Shown: one piece after another, positions 9,934 to 19,468 of the stretch
How the letters are laid out: each line of letters starts with the position of its first letter
Numbering within the stretch: position 1 is the stretch's first letter
Source: an uncultured delta proteobacterium
GTDB taxonomy: Bacteria > Myxococcota > Kuafuiibacteriia > Kuafuiibacteriales > Kuafuiibacteriaceae
DNA: 64,000 nt
Reading direction: 5' to 3'
Assembly (NCBI GenBank): GCA_963803435.1
Contig: CAWDML010000001.1
Location: 2,848,001 to 2,912,000, forward strand
Made by a program: the position numbers and the translations under genes
The notes under the pieces: generated by a model
Seen by the model: the letters and a program-made list of their open reading frames with translations, nothing else
Databases searched by the model: none
What the model was told of the DNA's origin: nothing

Positions 9934-10752
9934 ATGCGCTGGCCACTCGGCGTCCTGCTGCTCTTGACGACCGCCTGCGACGGTCCCCGGCCGCCCTCGA
10001 GCGTGCACCCCCGCGACGTGGGGCCGCGCGTCGACGCCGGCGATCTCGCCGACGCCGGCGAGCGGAAAGACAGCGGCACGATGGACGGCGCCTCGCCCGG
10101 GGATGCGGGATCATTCGACGACGCCGAGCCGGCCGACGGAGAGACGAGGGACGCCGCCCCAGCAGACGCTGCGACGCCCGACGCCGGCGGCCCGACGGAC
10201 TCCGGATTGCCGCCGCTGTGCTACCAGACCTGCGCGCAGCCGAGCGACTGCGCCAGCGCGAGCAACGCGCTGCTGGACGCCGACAACTACCTCTGCAACG
10301 CGGGCGCCTGCGAGTACCGGGGCTGTTTGAGCGCGGACGAGTGCACCTCGGTCTACGGCCCGGGCTACGTCTGCGTGCAGCAGCCGGGCTACACGATCCC
10401 GGCTTGCGTCCTGGCGTGCACCACGCCCAGCGACTGCGCGCTGCAGAACGTCCTCTTCGACGCCGACAACTACGCCTGCGTCCTCGGGGGCTGCCAGTGG
10501 CTGGGCTGCAACTCGGCCCAAGAGTGCCAGACGGTGTTCAACGATCCGAGCTACGTCTGCGAGCCGCAAGCCGGCTTGCAGTTCAACAATTGCGTCCGCC
10601 CCTGCGCCGACGTCAGCGAGTGCGTCGCCGGCCTCCCTGCGTACGACAGCGACAACTACGCCTGCACGGGCGCACGCTGTCGATACCTCGGCTGCAACGA
10701 CAGCGCCGAGTGCCAGGGCTCGTTCCAGACAGGTGCTTGGGAGTGCCGGTAA
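9934..10752 (+). CDS. Cys-rich lipoprotein with three ~60-aa repeats
   Basis: Lipobox TTAC, DA-rich linker, three copies of CxxxC-x5-C...D(A/S)DNYxC-x4-C-x4-C-x5-C...C. Confidence 0.8.
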   Translation: MRWPLGVLLLLTTACDGPRPPSSVHPRDVGPRVDAGDLADAGERKDSGTMDGASPGDAGSFDDAEPADGETRDAAPADAATPDAGGPTDSGLPPLCYQTCAQPSDCASASNALLDADNYLCNAGACEYRGCLSADECTSVYGPGYVCVQQPGYTIPACVLACTTPSDCALQNVLFDADNYACVLGGCQWLGCNSAQECQTVFNDPSYVCEPQAGLQFNNCVRPCADVSECVAGLPAYDSDNYACTGARCRYLGCNDSAECQGSFQTGAWECR

Positions 10753-10780
10753 AAAGATGATATCGGTTCGGGCGCGGGCG

Positions 10781-11809
10781 ATGCGCGTCTTCCTCGTCAT
10801 GGCGGCGCTGGCTGCGGCCTGCCAAACGAATCCGCACCTCGGTCCACCCCCGAAGAAGCTCATCCCTCTGCCGGCCGTGGTGAAGGGCGCGGACGTTCGT
10901 CCGGTCGGCGATCATCGCCGGGGCTACGGGACCACGGCGGCGCGACAGACGATGGAGCGCTTGAAGAAGCTCGGCGCCAACACGATCGGCATCCTGATGG
11001 AAGGCCGCATGGACGACCTCTCCGCCGTCGACGTGCTCGCCCCGCCGAAGCGCGAGCAAGAGGCGATCGCGGCGGCGCTCCTCGACGCCAACGCCCTGGG
11101 CCTGGCCACGGTCCTCGTGCCGCACATCTACCTGAACGACGGCTCCTGGCGCGGGAACATCCAGCTCACCGATCCCGCCGCGCGCGAGGCCTGGTGGCGG
11201 TCCTACACGCGCTTCATGGACGTGGCCTCGGCGATCGCCGCGGGCGGCGGTGCCTCGATGCTCTCGATCGGTGTGGAGCTCAAAGGCCTGTCGAGCGACG
11301 TCGACACCCGCGAGCGGATGCGGGCCCTGGCGGAGCGAGTGCGCCGGGACTACTCGGGCCTCCTCACCTACAGCGCGAACTGGGACGAGGCCGAGGAGGT
11401 CGCGTTCTGGGATGTGGTCGACGTCGCCGGCGTCAACGGCTACTACCCGCTCGAGCCCGAGCCCCACCGGGGCGCCGAGAGGATCGCGCGCCGGCTCTCG
11501 GCCCTGGCGATGGAGGCCCGGCGGCCGGTGGTCGTCCTCGAGGTCGGCTTTCGCTCGAGCCCGCTGTCTTATCTGCGCCCGTGGGAGTGGCCCGATCACC
11601 TGGACCCGGTCGTCGACGACGCCTCGCAGGCGATCGCATGGGCCGCGGTGCTCACGCACTGGTTCGCTGCGCCCGGCGTGCGCGGGTTGATGGTGTGGGT
11701 GGTTCCGACCGATCCCGATGATCCGGCCTCCGAGCCGCGCCACGGCTTCAGCCCGCTCAACAAGCCGGCTGAGCAGGTCATCGCCCGCGTCTACTCATCG
11801 TACCGATGA
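10781..11809 (+). CDS. GH113-like (beta-mannanase-type) TIM-barrel glycoside hydrolase lipoprotein
   Basis: WRGNI, WWRSY, IGVEL, LTYSANWDE, GYYPL, EVGFRS and NKPAE motifs; lipobox AAAC. Confidence 0.82.
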   Translation: MRVFLVMAALAAACQTNPHLGPPPKKLIPLPAVVKGADVRPVGDHRRGYGTTAARQTMERLKKLGANTIGILMEGRMDDLSAVDVLAPPKREQEAIAAALLDANALGLATVLVPHIYLNDGSWRGNIQLTDPAAREAWWRSYTRFMDVASAIAAGGGASMLSIGVELKGLSSDVDTRERMRALAERVRRDYSGLLTYSANWDEAEEVAFWDVVDVAGVNGYYPLEPEPHRGAERIARRLSALAMEARRPVVVLEVGFRSSPLSYLRPWEWPDHLDPVVDDASQAIAWAAVLTHWFAAPGVRGLMVWVVPTDPDDPASEPRHGFSPLNKPAEQVIARVYSSYR

Positions 11810-13050
11810 TCGTGCTCTTCCCGCTTCTCTGCGCGCTGGCGGTCCCGCCTCGGATCGCGGTCACCCTCCGCGATCCCTCGGTGAACCTGCCGAAGCTGCG
11901 GCCGTTGCTCGAGTGGGTCGGACGCGCGGAGCCATCCCTCGCGCCGGACCGGCTCGAGCGCTGGGCCGGGAGCCGGCTGGGCCAGGCGAAGCTGTTCGAC
12001 CCGGCGACGTTGAAGGCGCTCGGCCTGGACCCCAAGGCTCCGATCCGGGTCCTGCTGCCAGAGACGCGCGGTCCGCTGATCCTCGAGCTCTCCGTCGCGG
12101 AGCCCTCGCGGGTGGACGCGCTGATCGGCGCGCTGCCCGGCGCCAAGCCGGTGGCTTCGACCAAGGCCGTGATCCTGCAGAGGGCCGGAGCGCGCCCACT
12201 CCTGGTGACCCGGATCGATCGCCGCCTGATCGTCCAGGAGGTCGTCGATCCGACGCGCGCCGCCGTCGAGCTTCGCGAGGGCGAGGCGACCGATCGCGCC
12301 AAGCCGAAGGGACGTGCACCGCTGGTGATCCAGATCCGCGATCTCGAACCGATCGAGCAGGCGCAGATCGACGTCGACCTCGCGCCCAACGCGATCGAGG
12401 CGAAGGCGCGCGCGCGGCTCTCGCTGGCAGCGCGGATGATCGCCGGCGATCTCCTGGGCGGCCGTCCCGCCCGGCGCTACCTCCGGGCGCTCGAGGGGAT
12501 CGCGGAGCTCTCCGGCACCGCCGGCCCCGGCGCGCTCCGTGAGGCCCTGATCGAGGCGGGGATGCCCGCCGCTGAGGCCGATGACGCCCGCAAGCTGCTG
12601 TCCGGCGAGCACGCCGTCTCCCTGACCCAGGACGGGATCCTCGCCGGTGTGGTTCGGCTCTCGGGATCCGCCTCGACGAAGGCGGTGGCCGCGCTCTCCG
12701 AGCGGCTCCAGCGGCTGCAACCGGGCCTGCAGGTTCAAAGGGCCGGCAGCTTCCTCCTGGGATGGTTTCCCGGTGCGGACCCTGCGCGGGGTGTCGCGCT
12801 CTCGGCCGAGCAGCTCGAGGCCGCACCTCGGGCGGAGGGCCCGCTCCAGCTGCAGCTGAGCCCGGGCTCGCTCTTGCCCGCGCTCCGCCGGCGGGCGCGC
12901 ACGCGCTCGGGACCCGTCGTCCCCATCGTCCCGCTCATCCTGTTCGAAACGTTGTATGAGGGCTTGCTGCGGAACACATCATCGGTTCGGCTGGTTGCGA
13001 CGGAGGGTCGAGGTGAGGCTCGACTGACTGTGAACGTCGAGTATCGATGA
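11806..13050 (+). CDS. Secreted hypothetical protein
   Basis: Signal-like N-terminus, LGLDP motif, overlaps the upstream stop (ATGA). Confidence 0.65.
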   Translation: MIVLFPLLCALAVPPRIAVTLRDPSVNLPKLRPLLEWVGRAEPSLAPDRLERWAGSRLGQAKLFDPATLKALGLDPKAPIRVLLPETRGPLILELSVAEPSRVDALIGALPGAKPVASTKAVILQRAGARPLLVTRIDRRLIVQEVVDPTRAAVELREGEATDRAKPKGRAPLVIQIRDLEPIEQAQIDVDLAPNAIEAKARARLSLAARMIAGDLLGGRPARRYLRALEGIAELSGTAGPGALREALIEAGMPAAEADDARKLLSGEHAVSLTQDGILAGVVRLSGSASTKAVAALSERLQRLQPGLQVQRAGSFLLGWFPGADPARGVALSAEQLEAAPRAEGPLQLQLSPGSLLPALRRRARTRSGPVVPIVPLILFETLYEGLLRNTSSVRLVATEGRGEARLTVNVEYR

Positions 13051-13126
13051 CCGCGGTCACCCGCTGTTTTTGGGTATCACTTTTTCTTTCTGGCGGGGTC
13101 ATCTGGTCGCCGCTGGAGGAGGTCTG

Positions 13127-13780
13127 ATGGAACGTACGCAAGGGCTGGTGGGGGCGCTGCTCGGGCTCCCCATCTTCGAAGCCGAATGGGTCCTCTGGTT
13201 GCTGATCGGACTCTCGGTGGTCTCGGTGGCGATCATGGTCGAGCGCTTCCTCTTCTACCGCCGGCACGCCGTCGACAGCGATGCGATCCGCCTGGAGCTC
13301 AACCGGCTCCTGGACTGCGGCGACTTCCACGCGGCCGCCGAGTATCTCGCTCGGTTCGACAGCCTGGAGACGAACATCGTGCTGTTCGGGCTTCGCGAGT
13401 ACGAGAAAGGCCCCGACTCGGTGGAAGATCTCCTCCAGGGCGCCGAGACGAAGGAGCGGTTGCGCTATGGTCGCAGGCTCAACTTCCTGGCCACCGTCGG
13501 CAGCAACGCGCCCTTCATCGGGCTGTTCGGGACGGTCCTCGGCATCATCCGCGCCTTCCACGATCTCTCGGCCAACATGGCCGACGCGAGCGGGAGCGTC
13601 ATGGCCGGCATCTCCGAGGCGCTGATCGCGACGGCGGTCGGCCTGCTGGTCGCGATCCCCGCCGTCGTCGCCTACAACGCGTTCATGGGCCAGGTGAAGG
13701 AGATCGCGGGCAACGCCGAGCTGCTGTCGCGGACGCTCCTCTCGCAGCTCAAGTCGGAGCGCGTGGGAAAGGGCGCCTGA
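13127..13780 (+). CDS. exbB: MotA/TolQ/ExbB proton channel protein
   Basis: LATVGSNAPFIGLFGTVLGII and GISEALIATAVGLLVAIPA; RBS GGAGGAGG before ATG 13127. Confidence 0.92.
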   Translation: MERTQGLVGALLGLPIFEAEWVLWLLIGLSVVSVAIMVERFLFYRRHAVDSDAIRLELNRLLDCGDFHAAAEYLARFDSLETNIVLFGLREYEKGPDSVEDLLQGAETKERLRYGRRLNFLATVGSNAPFIGLFGTVLGIIRAFHDLSANMADASGSVMAGISEALIATAVGLLVAIPAVVAYNAFMGQVKEIAGNAELLSRTLLSQLKSERVGKGA

Positions 13781-13781
13781 C

Positions 13782-14213
13782 ATGGCCGGCGCCTCCAAGA
13801 GATCGGACGACGACGTCATCTCCGCGATCAACGTGACGCCGTTCGTCGACATCGCGCTGGTGCTGTTGATCATCCTGATGGTGACGTCGACGCACATCAT
13901 CAAGGCCTCCCTCAAGGTCGAGCTCCCGAAGGCGGCGAGCGGCGGCGAGGCGATCGAGTCGACGCTCAACATCGTGGTCACCAAGGACAGCGAGATCCTC
14001 CTCGACGGCAACCGGATCGACGAGGTCGCCCTGGCCTCCGCGGTGCGCGCCGAGAAGCAGAAGAATCCGAAGCTTCAGGCCGTGATCAGCGCCGACAAGG
14101 GCGTGCCGTACGGCGCCGTGGTCAACGTGATCGATCTGGTGAAGCTCAACGGAGTGAAGACGTTCGCCCTCAACATCGAGCGCAAGCCGCGGCGGGAGCT
14201 CGAGGGCGGATGA
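13782..14213 (+). CDS. exbD: ExbD/TolR biopolymer transport protein
   Basis: INVTPFVDIALVLLIILMVT and ADKGVPYG. Confidence 0.93.
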   Translation: MAGASKRSDDDVISAINVTPFVDIALVLLIILMVTSTHIIKASLKVELPKAASGGEAIESTLNIVVTKDSEILLDGNRIDEVALASAVRAEKQKNPKLQAVISADKGVPYGAVVNVIDLVKLNGVKTFALNIERKPRRELEGG

Positions 14214-15101
14214 GCCGGGCCGGTCACCGACGGCGGCGCGCGGTGATCGTGCGGGTGGTCCGTCCGATCTCCCTCGCGCTCAGGGCCCGGGATCCGCTCC
14301 TTCACGGTGACCAGAGCCGCGTGAAGGAAGGCGTTCTGGCGCTGGTGTTCGGGATCGCGGCCGTGGCCGTCCACGGCGCGGTGGTCGCGGCCGCGCTGGT
14401 GGCTGGCCACGCGCTCAGCCGTCCGGTCGGACACCCGATTCTCGGAGCCGATCGAGGTCGCCGTGATCGAGACGCCCCCGCCGCCGCCCGAGCCCGAGCC
14501 TGCCCTGGAGCCCACACCCGAGCCCGAGCCGGCGCCGAAGCCGAAGGCGCGACCCCGGCCGCCGCCGGCGGACCCGATCGATCTGCCGCCCGAGCCGACG
14601 CCGCCGCCGAAGCAGGATCCGCCGCGCCGGATCGTGGGCTTGAGCCTGGAGTCGACGACCGAGGGGGCCGGCGGTCCCAGCTTCGGCGTCGGCAACACAC
14701 GCATGGGGAAGACGGAGCGCATCGCGGAGGATCCGACGGAGGCGAAGCCCCTCGAGAAGCCGGCCCAGAAGATCCTCCCGGTGAACCGGGCGGCCACCCG
14801 CATCCCGACGGCCTCGCGCTCGGTGCTGGTGAAGCCGAAGCCGATCGGCGGCATGCGGGAAGCGCCCTTCCCCGACCTCTACAAGGCGCAGGGCCTGGAG
14901 GCGGACGTGACCGTGCGCGTCCGCATCGATCGCGAAGGGCGGGTCTCGGAGGCGGAGGTGGTCTCGGCGGCGGCCCAGCCCGAGTTCAACCGGGTCGCGA
15001 CGGCGACGGCGCGGGCGCAGCGCTTCGAGCCCGCGACCCGCGACGGCCAGGCGATCGAGTTCACGATCACCTTCACGTACCGCTTCCGACTGGTGGACTG
15101 A
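14210..15101 (+). CDS. tonB: TonB energy transducer (frameshift near 14420)
   Basis: TM anchor ..AVHG.. in one frame; Pro-rich PEPEP linker and TonB C-domain (VRIDREGRV...RFEPA) in the next frame. Confidence 0.82.
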
Positions 15102-15103
15102 CC

Positions 15104-16012
15104 ATGGATGGGCGAGCGTTCTCTTGGTTTCTCGGTGGATCGTTGATCCTGGCGGCCTGCGGCGGCGACTTCACGCCGTACAGCGAGATCGATCGCCTGC
15201 GGGTGCTGGCGGTCGGCGCCGATCGCCCGTGGCTCGAGCCGACGGAGACGGCGAGCATCTCGGCGCTGATCGTCCAGCCGCCGGACGCCGACGTGCCGCT
15301 CTCTTACCGGTGGTCCTGGTGTCCGCTCACCCTCGGCAACGCCAGCGGCTACGAGTGCGCCTTCACCGAGGCGGAGCTCCAGGAGCAGATCGACGGCGCG
15401 GTCGGACCGGGCGTGTTCCAGGTCCCGCCCTTCCAGCTCGGCGAGACCTCGACCGTGACGTTCGCCTATGACCTCTCGCCGCTCCTCTTCCGGGGCCTCT
15501 GCGACGCGATCTCGATGCAGGCGCTCCCCGACTTCGTCGAGGTCCCCGAATGCGACGGCACCTTCCCGATCTCGATCCGGCTCACGGTCGGCGACGGGGA
15601 GACGGAGGTGACCGCGATCCGCGAGCTCGTGCTGGTCTACGACGACGCCGTCACCGACGTGAACACGAACCCCCTGATCGGCGCGGTGCACGCCGACAGC
15701 GCCACCGTGGCGCTCGACGGCTCCACGCTGCTGGCTCGCGACACCGACGTGACGCTCAGCCTCGACATCCCGCCCGAGGCGATCGAGGAGGTCGACGGCG
15801 AGCCCGAGCACGTCGTGGTCACCTGGTTCGTCGACGCCGGCGAGGTCGACCACACCCGGACCTCCGAGACGCACGAGAACGTCTGGCACACGCCGCGTAC
15901 CCCCGACCATCCCGACTCGAGCGTGCGCCTGTTCTTCGTGGTGCGCGACGACCGCAAGGGCGTCTCCTGGATTGAGCGACGCGTGACGCTGAAGGAGGAC
16001 GAGACGCCATGA
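15104..16012 (+). CDS. Lipoprotein of a myxobacterial TonB cluster
   Basis: Lipobox LAAC followed by RLRVLAV..P, YRWSWC, NxNP and VVRDDRKGVSW. Confidence 0.8.
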   Translation: MDGRAFSWFLGGSLILAACGGDFTPYSEIDRLRVLAVGADRPWLEPTETASISALIVQPPDADVPLSYRWSWCPLTLGNASGYECAFTEAELQEQIDGAVGPGVFQVPPFQLGETSTVTFAYDLSPLLFRGLCDAISMQALPDFVEVPECDGTFPISIRLTVGDGETEVTAIRELVLVYDDAVTDVNTNPLIGAVHADSATVALDGSTLLARDTDVTLSLDIPPEAIEEVDGEPEHVVVTWFVDAGEVDHTRTSETHENVWHTPRTPDHPDSSVRLFFVVRDDRKGVSWIERRVTLKEDETP

Positions 16013-18628
16013 GGTGGATGAGCCTCGCGCTCTCGGTCCTGACGGTCGTCGTGGGTGCACGCCCGGCCCACGCCCAGGACGAGCCGCCGATCACGAAGCT
16101 GCCCCAGCCGAAGCGCGAGGTCGAGGCGATCTACCCGGCGGCCGCGCTGAAGGATCGAGTCTCGGCGACCGTGACGATGGCGCTCGACCTCAGCGCCGAG
16201 GGTCGCGTCGAGGCGATCACGGTGGTCTCCACCGCCACCCGGGCCGAATCGACGGTCTCCTCGACGATCGCCGACTACGGCTTCGTCCGCTCGGCCACCA
16301 CCGCGGTCGCGTCCATGGAGTTCGAGCCGGCCGAGGCGGGCGGCGTGCCGGTGCCGGTGCGCATCGGCTACACGTATCGCTTCGTCCTGCCGCCGCCGCC
16401 GCCGCCGCCCCCAGCGATCTCGATGACCGCCACCGCCGCAACGCCGACGCCCCGGGTCGAGAACTTCACCGGCGTGATCCGGGAGCGCGGCACGCGCAAG
16501 CGCTTGGCCGGCGTGGTGGTGACGGTCTTCCGCGAGGAGAAGGGCTTCGAGGACGTGACCGACGCCGAGGGCGCGTTTCACTTCTACGATCTGGCGCCGG
16601 GCGAGTGGCGCGTGCTGGCCGAGGTCGACGGCTACTATCCGTTCCGCACCGCCGAGACCCTCTCTGCCACCGAGCAGGTCGACGTCACCTACTATCTCGA
16701 GAAGGGCTCCTACAACCCGTACGACGTGCTCGTGGAGGCGAAGCGCCCGGAGAAGGAGGTGAACCGGAGGACGCTCACCGTCGCCGAGATTCGTGAAGGT
16801 CCCCGGCACGCTCGGCGATCCCATCCTGGTGGTGGAGAACCTCCCGGGCGTGGCGCGCCCGCCGCTCGGCAGCGGGAACATCGTGGTGCGCGGCTCTGGG
16901 CCGGAGAACACCGGCGTCTATCTCGACGGCGTCGAGGTCCCGCTGATCTATCACTTCGGCGGCCTGCGGAGCGTGGTGCCCTCCGACGTGATCGAGACGA
17001 TCGACTTCTTCCCGGGAAACTTCCCGGTCTACTACGGGCGCGTCACCGGCGGCGTCTTCGACGCCCACATCAAGCGGCTCCACCCCGATCAGGTCCACGG
17101 CTCCCTCGACGTGAGCCTGCTCGACACCGGCCTCTACCTCGAGGCGCCCATCACCGACACGCTGGCGGTCGCGGTCGCCGGCCGGCGCAGCTACATCGAC
17201 GGGATCCTCAACGCCGTCGTGCCCGACGACTCCGACGTCTCGCTGGTGGCGGCGCCGCGCTACTACGACTACCAGGTCCTCGCGGACTGGCGGCCCGCCG
17301 ACGGCCACTCGATCCGGGGCGTGTTCCTGGGCTCGAACGATCAGATCAAGCTCCTGTTCCGGGATCCCTCGGATCTCGACGCCCAGCTCTCCAGCGGCGA
17401 CATCAGCGCCAAGACCGAGTTCAACCGGTTCTACGCGATCTACGAGTACGCGCCCTCGACCGCGCTCACGAACGAGCTGCGCTTCGCGGTGGGCCGGGAT
17501 CGGATCGATACCTCGTTCTTCAGCGACTTCTTCTTCCTGATCGACTTCTACACCTTCCAGCTCCGCGACAACTTCCGCTGGAAGGTGCTCGACAACCTGG
17601 CGCTGACCTTCGGCGCGGACGGCGTGTACCGGATCGTCGACATCGCGATCCGCGCGCCGCTGCCACCCAAGGAGGGCGACGTCGGCGGCCAGGACGACCT
17701 CCAGGACGCCCGCGAGATCCACCTCGACAACATCGACGATCCCGAGGGCGGCCTCTACGTGGACGCCGAGTGGAAGCTGCTCGATCAGCTCACGCTGGTC
17801 CCGGGGATCCGGGCCGACTACTACCATCGGGTCCGCTCGTTCGGCGTCGACCCCCGCCTGGTGGCCCGCTGGGACTTCCTGCCCGGCTTCACCGCCAAGG
17901 GCGGCGTCGGCGTGGTGCACCAGCAACCGTCCGGCGACGAGACCGACGCGACCTTCGGCAACCCGGACCTGGGGCTGGAGAGCGCGATCCAGTACTCGCT
18001 CGGCGGCGAGTGGCACCCGACCGACTACCTCAGCGTCGACCTGACGCTCTTCTACAACGACCTGCGGGACCAGGTGAGCCGCGCCGGCAACCAGACGCTC
18101 TACGACAACGGCGGCAAGGGCCGGAGCTACGGCCTGGAGCTCTTCGTGCGCCACGACTTCCACAACAACTTCCGCGGCTGGCTGAGCTACACGCTGAGCC
18201 GCGCCACCCGCACCGAGTCGGGCGAGACCGACGAGCGCCTCTTCACCTACGACCAGACGCACATCCTCAACATCAACCTGTCCTACGTCTTCCCCGCGAA
18301 CTGGGAGGTCGGCCTCCGCTGGCGGCTGGTCTCCGGCAACCCGTACACGCCCGTGGTGGGCGGCGTCTTCCTCTCCGACTTCGATCGCTTCTCGGCCGTG
18401 CCCGGCCCGGTGAACTCGGCGCGCCTGCCGCTGTTCCACCAGCTCGACCTCCGCGTCGAGAAGCGCTGGGTGTTCGACTGGTGGTCGGTCAGCGCGTACA
18501 TCAGCCTGATCAACACGTACAACCGCGGCAACGTCGAGGCGATCAACTACGACTTCGACTTCTCCCAGTCGAAGGCGGTCACCGGCCTGCCCATCCTCCC
18601 GATCCTCGGGATCCGAGGTGAGCTGTGA
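16009..18628 (+). CDS. TonB-dependent receptor with N-terminal TonB-C and carboxypeptidase-regulatory-like domains (frameshift near 16791)
   Basis: Signal peptide, FEPA..GVPVPVRI, VPGTLGD..LPGV plug, YHFGGL, LDLRVEK, terminal PILGIRGEL. Confidence 0.88.
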
Positions 18629-19266
18629 TGCAAGTTGGATTGACAGCGATGATGCTGGCCGCGCTGGTCTCGCAGACCCAGAGCGACGTAGAGCTGGTGA
18701 AGCCGAAGAGCCGCCAGGGCTTCTTCCTCGGCCTCGGCCTCCGCTCCGGGGTGATGCTGGCGAACGCCGATCCGGTCGGCGGTCTCGGGATCCTGCAGGG
18801 CGGCCTCTTCAACTTCCGCTTCGGCCAGATGGCGAACGACACCATCGGCTTCGGCCTCTCGCTCGACTTCGGCGGCGGCCGCAGCAAGGACTGGACGACC
18901 GGCCTGGGCGCACTCTCGGTCACGTTCAACCTGGCGCCGTTCGAGAAGATCAACCTCGCCTTCCACGCCGCCGTCGGCCCCGGGTTCGTCGCCGTCACGC
19001 GCCGCGACGAGGCCGAGGCCCGCGACGACGACCCCACCGGCGGCTACGGCGCGCTCTACACCCTCGGCGTCACCTACGACTGGTTCCCCTGGCACGGCCC
19101 CAAGAAGAGCGGCGGCTTCGCGCTCACGACCTACGTGGAGGGCCGCATCTTCCCCACCGGCGACATCGTCGCCGGCGGCCTGTTCGCCGGCGTGGAGGTG
19201 GCCTACTGGTTCGGCTACGGCAAGAACCGCTTGGACCTCGACGTCGACGACGCGTTCAAGAAATGA
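18625..19266 (+). CDS. Small outer-membrane beta-barrel protein
   Basis: Signal peptide and alternating amphipathic strands (RQGFFLGLGL...VEVAYWFG). Confidence 0.65.
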   Translation: MMQVGLTAMMLAALVSQTQSDVELVKPKSRQGFFLGLGLRSGVMLANADPVGGLGILQGGLFNFRFGQMANDTIGFGLSLDFGGGRSKDWTTGLGALSVTFNLAPFEKINLAFHAAVGPGFVAVTRRDEAEARDDDPTGGYGALYTLGVTYDWFPWHGPKKSGGFALTTYVEGRIFPTGDIVAGGLFAGVEVAYWFGYGKNRLDLDVDDAFKK

Positions 19267-19468
19267 GGGCCCCTCTGAGCTCATCCCACCCCGGGCCGAA
19301 TGGCTCGACCCAAGAAACCGCAACAGCGCGGTGAAATAGCCGCCCGCGAGGAGGCGTTTCGCCCGGCCCTGACCGCGACCCGCCCGGGGCTGTCACGAGG
19401 TGCCCGAAACGAGCGGCGAATGAGCCGCAACGCGCCCGTTCGCTCCACCGAAAATTCAGGAGGTCGCC

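Noticed and set aside
14210-16012. Single 600-aa ORF
   Set aside because: Artefactual join of the TonB N-terminus and the downstream lipoprotein caused by a frameshift; the middle is off-frame
16785-16800. Programmed frameshift in the TonB-dependent receptor
   Set aside because: No slippery heptamer; same pattern as the other apparent single-base errors
19267-19468. Lysine riboswitch upstream of lat
   Set aside because: Some pairing exists (CGTTTCG/CGAAACG), but the conserved L-box motifs could not be identified
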